This document shows positions 1 to 13,819 of a stretch of DNA of 64,000 bases, one piece after another. The notes beneath the pieces were generated by a model. It did not search any database. It saw nothing but the letters and a program-made list of their open reading frames with translations, and had not been told where the DNA came from. The position numbers and the translations under genes are program-made. The stretch is taken from contig NIVC01001677.1 in assembly GCA_002269645.1 (NCBI GenBank), forward strand, positions 187,586 to 251,585. Direction: 5' to 3'. The first letter of the stretch is position 1; each line of letters opens with the position of its first letter. This DNA comes from Macrostomum lignano (Eukaryota).

Positions 1-289
1 GTTTTAATTAGCCCAAAATAACAGTTTGAAACTCATAAATTTTCTACAAAGAAAGAGGTCTAACTAAACCAACTGTTTTTTTGCGGTCCACCTAACCCGG
101 TCCCCAAAACGTAGTTAGTGAACCGCCACAGTTTCCACGAACTGGCTATTCCGTCAAGTTAACAAAAAGATAACCCTAGCTAGCCTTTCGCGTTGTCAAA
201 ACAGACTCTATTTTTTAACCGGAATTGCGTGGTCCACGTAACGCATTAACATAACTCAGGTCCCGCTAAACACACAGACAGTCGTAAGA

Positions 290-1328
<1,039 letters not shown>

Positions 1329-1343
1329 TTGTCCTTTTCACAG

Positions 1344-1389
1344 ATAAAAATGAATGCAAAGATACTGTTAATCTCACCTTTCAGTATAC
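1344..1389 (+). CDS. Candidate upstream exon of the TBC-like gene
   Basis: Acceptor TTGTCCTTTTCACAG ends at 1343 and donor AC|GTAAGG starts at 1390. The frame IKMNAKILLISPFSI ends in phase 1, matching the phase-1 exon at 2920. No homology support. Confidence 0.3.
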
Positions 1390-2919
1390 GTAAGGAAAGC
1401 TCTGCTTAGGTCAAAATCAAGTCTTTACAAAAATAGGCGGTCTGCTTAAGATGAAAACTGCAGCAGTGCTTTTGAAAGGGAAAGGCAGGTGGATATGAGA
1501 TGAGGAGAGGGGAGTTTTTGTTCCCAGCGGCCTACTTATCAATTATATATACGAGCGTAGTTACCAGGTACTTCTCTTCCTCTATTAATTCTATCTGTTG
1601 CGATGTGATCAGTGTGACGCAGTTGAGTCTCCTCTCTCTGAGCTCTCTTTCTATCTCTCCCGCTCCGTTGGGCGTCTGTTTTTGTCTCGATTTTTTTGGG
1701 AAAGGAAGGAACGAAAGGTTGATGCTAAAGCTTTAGAGAAGTGGAAAGAGAGAGTGAGTGGCGGGAGGTGGCCGACATGGGGGGGGGACGGTCGCGGTAC
1801 CTTGATGGCGGCGGTGGGGGTGTTCTTTCGTGCGATTCCAATGCAACAACAGTTATAGCAGCCTAACCAACCGGGACCAAGCGGCCCGCAGCTTGCAGCG
1901 CAAATGCAGGCACATACTGTGTGGCTCTCTGGGGAATTTCATGGCATTCGCATTAAACTGACAGCAAAATCGTGTGCATGTGCACCTTCCACCGGCCTGT
2001 CTGCTTGCCTGCCAGTGCTTGCAGAAATTCTGAAGCGAGGTGATGTGCCCGCAGCACCTGCGACTATCACACGTATTGGGGTCTGAGTGAGACACTTTCT
2101 AAGGTCTTGAATGCAAGCGCACACGGGACAGGATAGGAAAGAGATGGAGAGAGTTAAACAGGTTTCAACTTCCGGTTGGGCTTGCTTGCCGTAGCAATTG
2201 GTTCTTTGCAGATATCTGGTCGAAGAGGGTTTTGTTTTAACAACTGAACCTTTGGTAGAGCCTTGACAAGCCGGGCATTTCATGCAGAATCTGACACCGT
2301 TCACACTGCTTTTCTGTTTCTTCTTTTTTCTCTCGGCTTTTTTCCTGCTCTAACGTACGCAGCTTCTCAAAGTAGAAGTAACACTGCTGCCTCGTCATCA
2401 CCTTCTGCAGTTTCTGCAGTTTCCCCTGTTTACTTAATTGCTCGCACTGGAGATTCAGGGGGGGGGGGGCGCATGGATACGCAGCACACTTACAGAAATC
2501 TGTGCTCGGGAAGGGCTTATAACAGCTCTAGTGCTGCGACTGTCTTTAATTATTGCTTGAAAGCAGAAAAACTAAGAATAATGAGGCTCAATTCCATATG
2601 GCTCTTGTCTTCTTCTTTTTCTGTTTTTTTATTTGCAACTGGTTTCTTCTGCACTTCACCTTTATAGTCTGTTTTTCGGTACTGCTCTGCTCCCTGCACT
2701 ATTCCTTGTAAATAATGGTTTTTTGGAATTGTCATGACCCACTGCTGGCTCTCCCTCTCTCGTGAAACTCCCAATTCGAACTTCCCCCAAAGGACAATAT
2801 GATTTAACCTGAAAACTGCGAGATCAAACAAGTCGCTTGCTTTGGGAAAGAAAAATAATTAGTAATAAAGTTGGAAAAGTTCAAGTGTAATGTCGCTCAA
2901 GCAATGTTTTCCTTTGCAG

Positions 2920-5900
2920 CTGACACGGCCAATTATTCTCAGCCGAAGGGTCCGCACGAGCCCTACGACGCTCGACCACCGGTTTATTCGAGCTTTCACG
3001 CCGAGCACTGCGCAGAATCGTTAACGGCTGTGCTTCGCTCCAATCCCGATCGGGTGGCGGAGTTTTGCGACCGGTTCCGGGGTAGACGGCTGCCACAGGC
3101 TCTTCGACAGTTCGTGTGGCGAGAGGGCCTGTTTAAGGCCGAGAGGAAGCGCAGCGGGCAATGGTGGGCCCTTGCTCGAGCTAGATGTCTATGGCCTGGG
3201 TGGCGTGCCTTAGATGGGTGTGGCTTTATGAGCCTGATGTCTATGGCCTGGGTGGAGTGGCTTTAATTGGGCTGTGGCTTTATGAGCCTGATGTCTATGG
3301 CCTGGGTGGCTTGGCTTTATGAGCCTGATGTCTATGGCCTGGGTGGAGTGGCTTTAATTGGGCTGTGGCTTTATGAGCCTGATGTCTATGGCCTGGGTGG
3401 AGTGGCTTTAATTGGGCTGTGGCTTTATGAGCCTGATGTCTATGGCCTGGGTGGCTTGGCTTTATGAGCCTGATGTCTATGGCCTGGGTGGCTTGGCTTT
3501 ATGAGCCTGATGTCTATGGCCTGGGTGGCGTGCCTTAGATGGATGTGGCTTTATGAGCCTGATGTCTATGGCCTGGGTGGCGTGCCTTAGATGGATGTGG
3601 CTTTACGAGCCTGATGTCTATGGCGTGGGTGGCGTGCCTTAGATGGATGTGGCTTTATGAGCCTGATGCCTATGGCCTGGGGTGGCGTGGCTTAGATCCA
3701 GAGGTGAGTCTAATACTTATGAAACATCTCGTAGACAATTCTGTGGATTAGGGTGGATTCCGTAAGTTTAAACGTGGATTATGTGGATTCCGTAAGTTAA
3801 AACCCTTATCATATGTGCTGTATAACGATGTTTGATAGTTCCGGGACGGATATACACGTAGGCGCTTGTTCTACTCCGTGACTGTAATTTTAATTAGCTT
3901 CCAGACGTGGATGCATCGTGACTGACTGTTCACCCTGCTGTCCGGGTTTTTAATTAATTAAAACTGTGCTGTCCGTCTCTAGTGCCCGTAAGAATTGGCA
4001 ATTCAAAATGGCAACTATTCAATTCTACACTCAGTTCAGTTTTCATTTATTGATCTTTGCATTTATAGGAGAAGAAAAAGTCGCAAATGAAGTACTTTTA
4101 GGCCGGTTTCTGGGGGGACGGGGGATATTGAAGTGAGCGAATTCTCATTCTCATTCCTCCGAGGGAATTTAGAAATTGCGTTGGGGAAACGGGTGACCAC
4201 CATGGACCGCTAAACCCCCGGACCCTGCTAAACTTTGCATTTATTAACGTTTTTGTTGTCGTTTGCATGGATGCTCTTATGTGCTGGCGCCCCTGGTGCT
4301 GGCGCCCCTGGTGCTGGCGCCCCTGGTGCTGGCGCCCCTGGTGCTAAAGCCCCTGGTGCTAAAGCCCCTGGTGCTAAAGCCCCTGGTGCTAAAGCCCTAT
4401 GATACAAAATCCTGTCTAGGCCTGTTCAAAAGCAGCCAATGATCTCTATGCTGCAAACAGTGGAAGTGAAACTCCGCTTCCAGTCCAGGCGGGGGGGGGT
4501 CCATGACTTCACGGGGAGCCACCGAGCCGCGGGACCAATTTGTCAACTGCTTGTGCCAAGACCAATTCCTTTGAAAAGTGCATTTCATGATGGAGGAGGC
4601 TGTCCTTACCCCACCTAGATTGATTGCGCCAAAGCCAACTAAACGTTCAATTTAAAGCCGAACATTTGTCCCAATTCTTTTCAGGAATGTGGAGCGATTC
4701 TTTCGCGAACGATTCGGCAAAACGGTTGCTAGGGGCGTCGGCGAGCTGAAAATTAAACGGGCAACTCAATCGCCGATCAACAACCTTCTGGAGAATGCAG
4801 TTATTGAGGTTCGGAGTCTGGGGAGGCTGGAATGACTGATGAAGAAGTGATGGAGGCTCTATTACTATATAGTATTGCTTCTCTTTGATTAATAAAAATC
4901 GATTCGGTGCAGCTTATTTGAACTTGAAATTTCATTTTGGACCCAACTTTCCTAATTTACTGTTTTCTCGCATTTCGCCTTTCTCCTCTGCAGATGTGTC
5001 CGATATACTCCAGTTATGTTTCCAATCCACCCGATATGAACTGATCTCTCTTAACCTCTATGATCTACTATCTCCTCTCCCCCTTACTCTTATACCAATC
5101 TATATTGCTCATCTCTCACCCTCTTTCCTCCTAACCTTAACATTTTTATTCTCCATCTCACCTCTCCCCTCTACTCTCTCGCCTCTCCTCTCTCACCTCT
5201 CCTCTCTCCCCTCTCCTCTCTCCCCTCTCCCCTCTCCCCTCTCACCTCTCCTCTTTCCCCTCTCCTCTCTCGCCTCTCCTCTCTCACCTCTCTTCTATCA
5301 TCTCTCCTCTCTCCCCTCTCCTCTCTCCCCTCTCCCCTCTCACCTCTCCTCTCTCACTTCTCTCTCACTTTTCCTCCCTCACCTCTCCTCTATCACCTCT
5401 CAACTCTCACCTCTCCGCTCTCCTCCCTCACCTCTCCTCTCTCACCTCTTCTCTCTCACCTCTCCTCTCTCACCTCTCCTCTCTCACCTCTCAACTCTCC
5501 CCTCTCTTCTCGTCTCCTCTCCTATCAGCTTCTCCGTCTACCCTTATCCTCGTTTATTTCTCTCTCCTTTCACTTTTCACCCCTCTCTTCAATCCAATCT
5601 ATCTCTTCTCCCCTTTGCCCTTTTGTCTTCCCTTTTTCCCACTCCTTATCTAATCTACCCTCTCTTCTCTACACCTCCCCCTATTTGACCTATACTATAA
5701 CATCAATAAGGTGAAAATCTGCGCCGACCTTCGCAATCTGTCCCTTCCGCTTCCCTCTCCAGTTTTTATTTTCGCGTTATCACTTCCCGATTCGGCACCG
5801 CAGCCAGTTTCTGCATTCTTGATAATCCCAAACCTCTGGATTGTTTATTATTTTCTAATCCTTATCTATCTGTCTTCTCTCTCGCTTTTGCAAAATGTAA

Positions 5901-8900
5901 AACTCCAATAGGCAAGCCTCGGTCCTTACCTCTCTGTCCACTTCTTGATGCTCCTCTGTCTGATCCCAGAAAGACGCGGGGTCAGTCAGGTCGTGGACGC
6001 ATGCCTGACAGGGAATATTTTCCCATGGGATTTCGGCTTGGTAGGAGAAAATTTCGTTGCGCAATTTTGTCTGCCATCGGGGATGAAGCTGTCTGATAAG
6101 GTGCTTTGAAATCCCCCTTTTAGAAGGGCCTGGAGGTTGATGCGGATTTCCATTTTCTTCAAAAAAGTTTTCTCAGAATATGCACAGCCTCGATCAGAAT
6201 AAGGGGCGGCGATCTAAAGTAGAGAGTTGCTGGTCAAGTACCTCTGGTCCTTTGGGGAATTTATCTGAAGTTATTTTGGGTTCTTAGTTGATTTCGGGTG
6301 TGGGTTAGTTGAGTTCGGGTGTGGGTTAGTTGAGTTCGGGTGTGGGTTAGTTGAGTTCGGGTGTGGGTTAGTTGATTTCGGGTGTGGGTTAGTTGATTTC
6401 GGGTGTGGGTTAGTTGATTTCGGGTGTGGGTTAGTTGATTTCGGGTGTGGGTTAGTTTATTTCGGGTGTGGGTTAGTTGATTTCGGGTGTGGGTTAGTTG
6501 GATGATTTTGGGTGTGGGTTAGTTGATTTCGGGTGTGGGTTAGTTGGATGATTTCGGGTGTGGGTTAGTTGATTTCGGGTGTGGGTTAGTTGGATGATTT
6601 CGGGTGTGGGTTAGTTGATTTCGGGTGTGGGTTAGTTGGATGATTTCGGGTGTGGGTTAGTTGATTTCGGGTGTGGGTTAGTTGGATGATTTCGGGTGTG
6701 GGTTAGTTGATTTCGGGTGTGGGTTAGTTGATTTCGAGTGTGGGTTAGTTTATCTCGCGTGTGGGTTAGTTGATTTCGGGTGTGGGTTAGTTGATTTCGG
6801 TTTTGGCTTAGTTTATTTTTTGTGTTTATAGATCGTCCTCACCATATACAATCCCATTTACAGACATACGAAAAGACCAGCGCCACAAAGGAGCTCAACA
6901 ATTCTCTGTTCCTCACTGAGGCTGTTCGAGTTCTCAACGTGCTGTACGTGTACGACCGCAGCTATGAGCCATTTCTCATCCTGTGGCTGGTGCCACTTCA
7001 GGTGGCCTTCAGAGACGAGGCGAGCGCCACAGACTTGGGTGAGCTAGAATTCTCTGCCATAGTTTCTGATGCTCAAATTGGTACTATAAAGCGAAATGAG
7101 GTGAGCAATGAGGCGTCATGAGATTAGAAAAATGAGGCCCCATGAGATGAGCAATGAGGTGCCATAAGGTGAACAATGAGGCGCCATGAGGTGAGCAATG
7201 AGGTGCCATGAGGTGAGCAATGAGGCGCCATGAGGTGAGCAATGAGGCGTCATGAGATTAGAAAAATGAGGCGCCATGAGATTAGAAATGAGGCGCCATG
7301 AGGTGGGCAATGAGGTGCCATGAGATTAGCAATGAGGTGCCATGAGATTAGAAATGAGGCGCCATGAGATTAGAAATGAGGCGCCATGAGGTGGGCAATG
7401 AGGTGCCATGAGATTAGCAATGAGGCGCCATGAGATTAGCAATGAGGCGCCATGAGATTAGAAATGAGGCGCCATGAGATTAGAAATGAGGCGCCATGAG
7501 ATTAGAAATGAGGTGCCATGAGATTAGAAATGAGGCGCCATGAGATTAGAAATGAGGCGCCATGAGGTGGGCAATGAGGTGCCATGAGGTGAGCAATGAA
7601 GCGCCATGAGGTGAGCAATGAGGCGCCATGAGGTGAGCAATGAGGCGCCATGAGGTGAGCAATGAGGCGCCATGAGGTGAGTAATGAGGCGCCATGAGGT
7701 GAGCAATGAGGCGCCATGAGGTGAGCAATGAGGCGCCATGAGGTGAGCAATGTCCGCAAAAACTGTCAGGACAAAAGTCTCAATAAGTCTCATGCAAAAA
7801 GACAATCCTATTATTGCACGCATTTACACATCTAAGTGTGAGACCCGGCAACCCTCCACTGTCACTCCGGGCCTTATAATAACTAATAAAAGGCCAAGTG
7901 AGGTCAGCCGAAGCTAAGCAGCTTAGTTTTTTTGTTATAAATTTCGTCGCGGTGGGTAACAGCGGTGGAAGAGATTCCAACTATAACGACTGTATTCTCT
8001 GCCTGCCTGCCCTGTCAATCACTGCAGGGCTGCCCCACATGTGTGTGTTATATTAAACTATGCAGTGCTTACTTGCACTTAGAAAACCATGACTCACTTA
8101 CAGGGGGGGGGGTACTCATACACTTCTCAAAAAACGATTCTATTGTCTGGCAGTCAAGTGCGGATTAGCGAGTGTTTTATTGTCTAGAACTGGGGGGCGC
8201 TGGATCGGAAAGCAAGAAGCAGTTGCTGGTGAAGCGGTGAGGGGCAGGAAATGCACGTGACTGAAAGACTAATATCTTGTCTATACTTCCTATAAAGAAT
8301 GGATTGAAAATATTCAATTTGAGAGAAAGAAGAAAGAGAGTAGTAGAGATAAGATAGTAAAGATGAGAGAGAGTAAAGTTGAGAGTAGATTAGAGAGTAG
8401 AGTAGAGGGGTAGAGAGTAAAGTTGCGAGTAGAGATAAAAGAGTAGAGATGAGAGAAAGCAGATTTTAGAATAGAGAGTAGAGATAAGAGAGTAGAGATG
8501 GGAGAGAGTAGATTTTTTAGTAGAGAGTAGAGATGAGAGAGTAGAGATGGGAGAGAGTAGATTTTTTAGTAGAGAGTAGAGATGAGAGAGTAGAGATGGG
8601 AGAGAGTAGATTTTTGAGTAGAGAGTAGAGATGAGAGAGTAGAGATGGGAGAGAGTAGATCTAAGAGTAGAGAGTAGAGATGCGAGATTAGAGATGGGAG
8701 AGAGTAGATTTTTTAGTAAAGAGTAGAGATGAGAGAGTAGAGATAGGAGAGAGTAGATTTTTGAGTAGAGTAGAGATGAGAGAGTAGAGATAGGAGAGAG
8801 TAGATTTTTTAGTAAAGAGTAGAGAGCAGAGAGTAGAGATAGGAGAGAGTAGATTTTTGAGTAGAGAGTATAGATGAGAGAGTAGAGATAGGAGAGAGTA

Positions 8901-11900
8901 GATTTTTGAGTAGAGAGTAGAGATGAGAGAGTAGAGATGGGAGAGAGTAGATCTAAGAGTAGAGAGTAGAGATGAGAGAGTAGAGATGGGAGAGAGTAGA
9001 TTTTAAAGTAGAGAGAATATGGGGGAGAGAGTTAGGGAGAGGGAGAGAAGTAATTTAGAGATATTTTATTCCAAAGGGAAACCACACCGGACATTTATAT
9101 CTACCCTGCATGCGGTAAAGAAGTACAGAGAGCGCTTATCTAAATCTGTAATCAATGGGAGTCGACAGACAACCAGCGCGCATCAAAGGTGCTTCAAAAC
9201 TTGATTGTCAAACTCTGCTGGGCGAACGGCGTTAATTAACACAGAACTGATGCTCGCGGTCTCTGCACGCGGCTTGATACCGAATCAAGAGGCTGAGTAA
9301 CGGGATGCTGGGGGAAACTGCACAGCCAGCTTGATTGATGGCGATGAGTCACACGATCTTCGTGGCTTTGAAGTCGGTCTCATAATAAAAAACCGAGCTT
9401 AAAACCGAAGCCTAGCTTGTTAGAGGATTGCGGATAGGGATACAGGTAGGGGGGGAGCTTAGGTAAGGTTGCGTGGATGAGATCCGGGTCGTTGGAGCAT
9501 TAATCCATGATTCGGTTCGGGGCGGGGCGGGGTTGTGACGCAACCGCTGCATACGAGACTCTTTGTCCTCAAACTGTATACTGACTGTTCACTTGATCTC
9601 TTTTGTAACCTGTTCAGGTTTTTGTAAAGCCGCCTTTTGAAATATGATTTTTTTCTATTCATTTTCATTTATTGCCGATTTCAAAGCATCTATGTTTATA
9701 TTGAGATAGGAGCGTAAAAGAAAGGGATTCTGTATTTCTTAGCATGCTAAAAAGGTAATCCTATATTGATTTCACAGAATATTGTGCACTGGATTCATTG
9801 ATTCTGTACATTATTGGATTCTGTACACATGACTTTGTACACATGATTCTTTAAACATTCTGTACGCATGGTTCTGTACACATGACTTTGTACACATGAT
9901 TCTTTAAACATTCTGTATTCATGGTTCTGTGCACATGACTGTACATATGACTGTACACATGATTCTTTAAACATTGTGTACACATGGTTCTGTACACATG
10001 ACTTTGTAAACATGATTCTTTAAACATTCTGTACACATGGTTCTGTGCACATGACTGTACATATGACTGTACACATGGTTTTGTACACATTATCATGTAC
10101 ACATGACACATGCACACATGTACATATGACTGTACACATGGTTTTTACACATTATTATGTACACCTGACTGTACATATGACTGTACACATGGTTTTGTAC
10201 ACATTATCATGTACACATGACACATGCACACACGTACATATGACTGTACACATGGTTTTTACACATTATTATGTACACCTGACTGTACATATGACTGTAC
10301 ACATGGTTCTGTACACATGTTTGTTGACTGTACACGTGACTGTACACATGATTATTTGATATTATCTTATATCATATCAAATATCATAGCATCTTAGCGG
10401 ACCTCGAGAAAGCCATACTAATCTTGCTTATCTGTGCAGCATCCGAGGTTGAAGCAAGTAATACAACAGATTATCCTGGATACAAAGAAGTAAATGAGAG
10501 TCATCTGAGGATCCCCTGGGGACTGGAGTAAAAGGTGACGAGTGATAGGGGCTGTAGCCAATCGCTAATTGCTAGATCAAGATAAGGAATGCCAAAGGAT
10601 GTTGAACTTTCGTCATTCATTTGTGGAAACCTGAGCTTACCATTTAATTCTCAATGCACCATAAGAATAATACGAACTATTGATTATCTACAGTTCTGTC
10701 CCATTCCTAATAAAGTCGGACCAAGCCGCAGATTTTTCGTGACCTGAACAACCGACCAACTCCCCTCGTGTGCCCTGAAGGGATTTTTTTGTAAGAAAAA
10801 AATGGGGGAAGAATTAATTAATGAGCGAAGATAAAAAAGTGTTTTGCACCGCTTATTTTTTTGTGTCTTGGTAGGTTACAAAGTTAAGACACAAGAAGAC
10901 ATTTATTTGAGAAGTTTTGTCAATTTTTGATCCACAGACACTAGACTCCTATCGCAGACACAACAGACTCCTATCGCAGACACAACAGACTCCTATCGCA
11001 GACACAACAGACTCCTATCGCAGACACAACAGACTCCTATCGCAGACACAACAGACTCCTATCGAAGACACAACAGAATCCTATCGCAGACACAACAGAC
11101 TCCTATCGCAGACACAACAGACTCCTATCGCAGACACAACAGACTCCTATCGCAGACACAACAGACTCCTATCACAGACACAACAGACTCCTATCGCAGA
11201 CACAACAGACTCCTATCGCAGACACAACAGAAATCTATCAAAGACACAACAGACTCCTATCGCAGACACATCAGAAATCTATCGAAGACACAACAGACTC
11301 CTATCGCAGACACAACAGAATCCTATAGCAGACACAACAGACTCCTACCGCAGACACAACAGAATCCTATCGCAGACACAACAGACTCCTATCGCAGACA
11401 CAACAGACTCCTATCGCAGACACAACTAAACCCAAGAATACATCATGAAACCAATTCCAGGTGAGCAGGTGTACGAGCTGGCGATGCTGCTCAGCCTGCT
11501 GCACCAGGGCACATATCCGGGATGGTCAACCGTGTTCGCAATTGCCGAGCGAAGCCTCGAGCTGGTTAAGGAGGCCGACCCAGAGTTTCACGCCCACCTG
11601 ATCGACATCGCCACAAAGAACATCGACGCCAATTTGAAAGATTTCATGGTCCAAGTGATTCACGAAGAATTCGAACGGGCCCAGAGTCTGCTCCGGACAC
11701 ATTCGGACAGTCCGAGGCAGCAGAGGCTGTCAAAAAATGTGCTCGTTAATCCGGCTATCTTCTTGCGCAAGTGGATCGGAGAGGTGAGGCCACTGGGTTG
11801 CTGTGGGGTTAATGAAGGCAGGTTAAATGTGAAGGTCGTAGGAGGTGTCAAGACAGAAGTCAATCTAGGGGTCAGTGAAGTGGTTAATTGAGGGGTCAAT

Positions 11901-13151
11901 TGGTGTTTGATAAAGTATTGTAATTAGCGTAGGAGACATATCGTAGAAAGACATAAAGATAAAAGACGAGGGTTAGTGCCAATAGTGCCCTTAGCGAGCA
12001 TCTTTGGAGGGGTTGGAGAGGTCACTGGAGGGGATAGAGAGGTCCACTGGAGGGTAGGAGAGGTCACTGGAAGGGTTGGAGACGTCACTAGAGGGGATAG
12101 AGAGGTCCACTGGAGGGTAGGAGAGGTCACTTGAATTGGGGGAAGGGCACTGGAGAGGTCAATGGAGCTGGGGTCACTGGAGAGATCAACGGATAGGTCA
12201 CTGGAGAGGTCAATGGAGGGGTCACTGGAGAGGTCAATGGAGGGGTCAATGGAGAGGTCAACGGAAGGGTCACTGGAGAGTTTAATGGAGGGGTCACTAG
12301 AGAGTTCAACAGAGGGGTCACTAGAGAGTCAAGTGAGTTTTTCAGTTCAAGGTCAGGAGCAGGCTTTGCATACCATTTATTAATCCGTGGTCTTTTTATT
12401 GCACGGGCAATCAGCCCTCAAATAAGATCGTCGCTTTTTTGTCTACTTCCCCAGTTCGTCCCAAACTAACGAGTATATACGAGTGTATTTAAGCTTCTAG
12501 CTCAGATCTGGGAAATCTCTCTATGCAAAAGCTGCGCCCCCCCCCTGATATTGATCTCATTGCGGAGTTAGCCTAGAGGCAGGGCGATTCCCCAGGGTGA
12601 CTGTAGCCCAAAATTTCAAAACAGCCGACTGACTTCCCTCCGAGCTGGACGTATTTCCACGAAACGAATTTGTTTATTGCCAGAGGCCAAATTAAACTGC
12701 TCTGAGGAGTTCTGTTTCAACTGATTCTTTACGCGTGCGATGCTCTGATGGCTCTTAAAGGGACATGATCTACACCTTCCCTGGTCTATACCCTCATTGT
12801 CTACTCGCTGTCCTCTCTACTTTATCTCCTCCCCCACTTCTTTCTACTCTCTCTCGTCTCTTCCCTCTCTCTTCTCTCTTCTCTCTCTTCTGTACTGTCC
12901 TCTTTTTCTTTTCTCTCTTTCTCCCCTCTTCTCTCCTCTCCCCCCTCTCTTCTCTCCCCTGTCTTCTCTCCCCTCTCTCCTCTCTCTTCTCTACCCTCTC
13001 TTCTCTCCCTCTCTTCTCTCCCCTGTCTTCTCTCCCCTCTCTCCTCTCTCTTCTCTACCCTCTCTTCTCTCCCTCTCTTCTCTCCCCTGTCTTCTCTCCC
13101 CTCTCTCCTCTCTCTTCTCTACCCTCTCTTCTCTCCCTCTATTCTCTCCCC

Positions 13152-13187
<36 letters not shown>

Positions 13188-13188
13188 T

Positions 13189-13219
<31 letters not shown>

Positions 13220-13230
13220 ATTCTCTCCCC

Positions 13231-13266
<36 letters not shown>

Positions 13267-13276
13267 TCTCTTCTCT

Positions 13277-13338
<62 letters not shown>

Positions 13339-13371
13339 ATTCTCTCCCCTGTCTTCTCTCCCCTCTCTCCT

Positions 13372-13419
<48 letters not shown>

Positions 13420-13437
13420 CTCCTCTCTTCTCTCCCC

Positions 13438-13477
<40 letters not shown>

Positions 13478-13569
13478 ATTCTCTCCCCTGTCTTCTCTCC
13501 CCTCTCTCCTCTCTCTTCTCTACCCTCTCTTCTCTCCCTCTATTCTCTCCCCTCTCTCTCCTCTCTTCC

Positions 13570-13662
<93 letters not shown>

Positions 13663-13674
13663 ATTCTCTCCCCT

Positions 13675-13729
<55 letters not shown>

Positions 13730-13738
13730 CCCTCCCCT

Positions 13739-13819
<81 letters not shown>

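Noticed and set aside
1800-2700. Minus-strand coding-like relic (PIRVIVAGAAGT resembling a helicase Walker A; CYNC..GIARK resembling a zinc knuckle)
   Set aside because: The key GK[ST] and His/Cys residues are missing and the frames are broken by stops. A decayed transposon is possible but cannot be supported without a profile search.
5900-6230. Minus-strand fragment LHPRWQTKLRNEIF..DPASFWDQ with an AG|GTAAGG donor (hAT dimerisation-like or P450-like)
   Set aside because: No continuous open frame from a credible acceptor, and the motifs are too short to assign.
6285-6812. Telomere-like GGGTTAG in the 21-bp unit (and TTAGGG in the intron 8 unit)
   Set aside because: Single 6-7-nt matches inside longer units, not tandem TTAGGG; compatible with chance.
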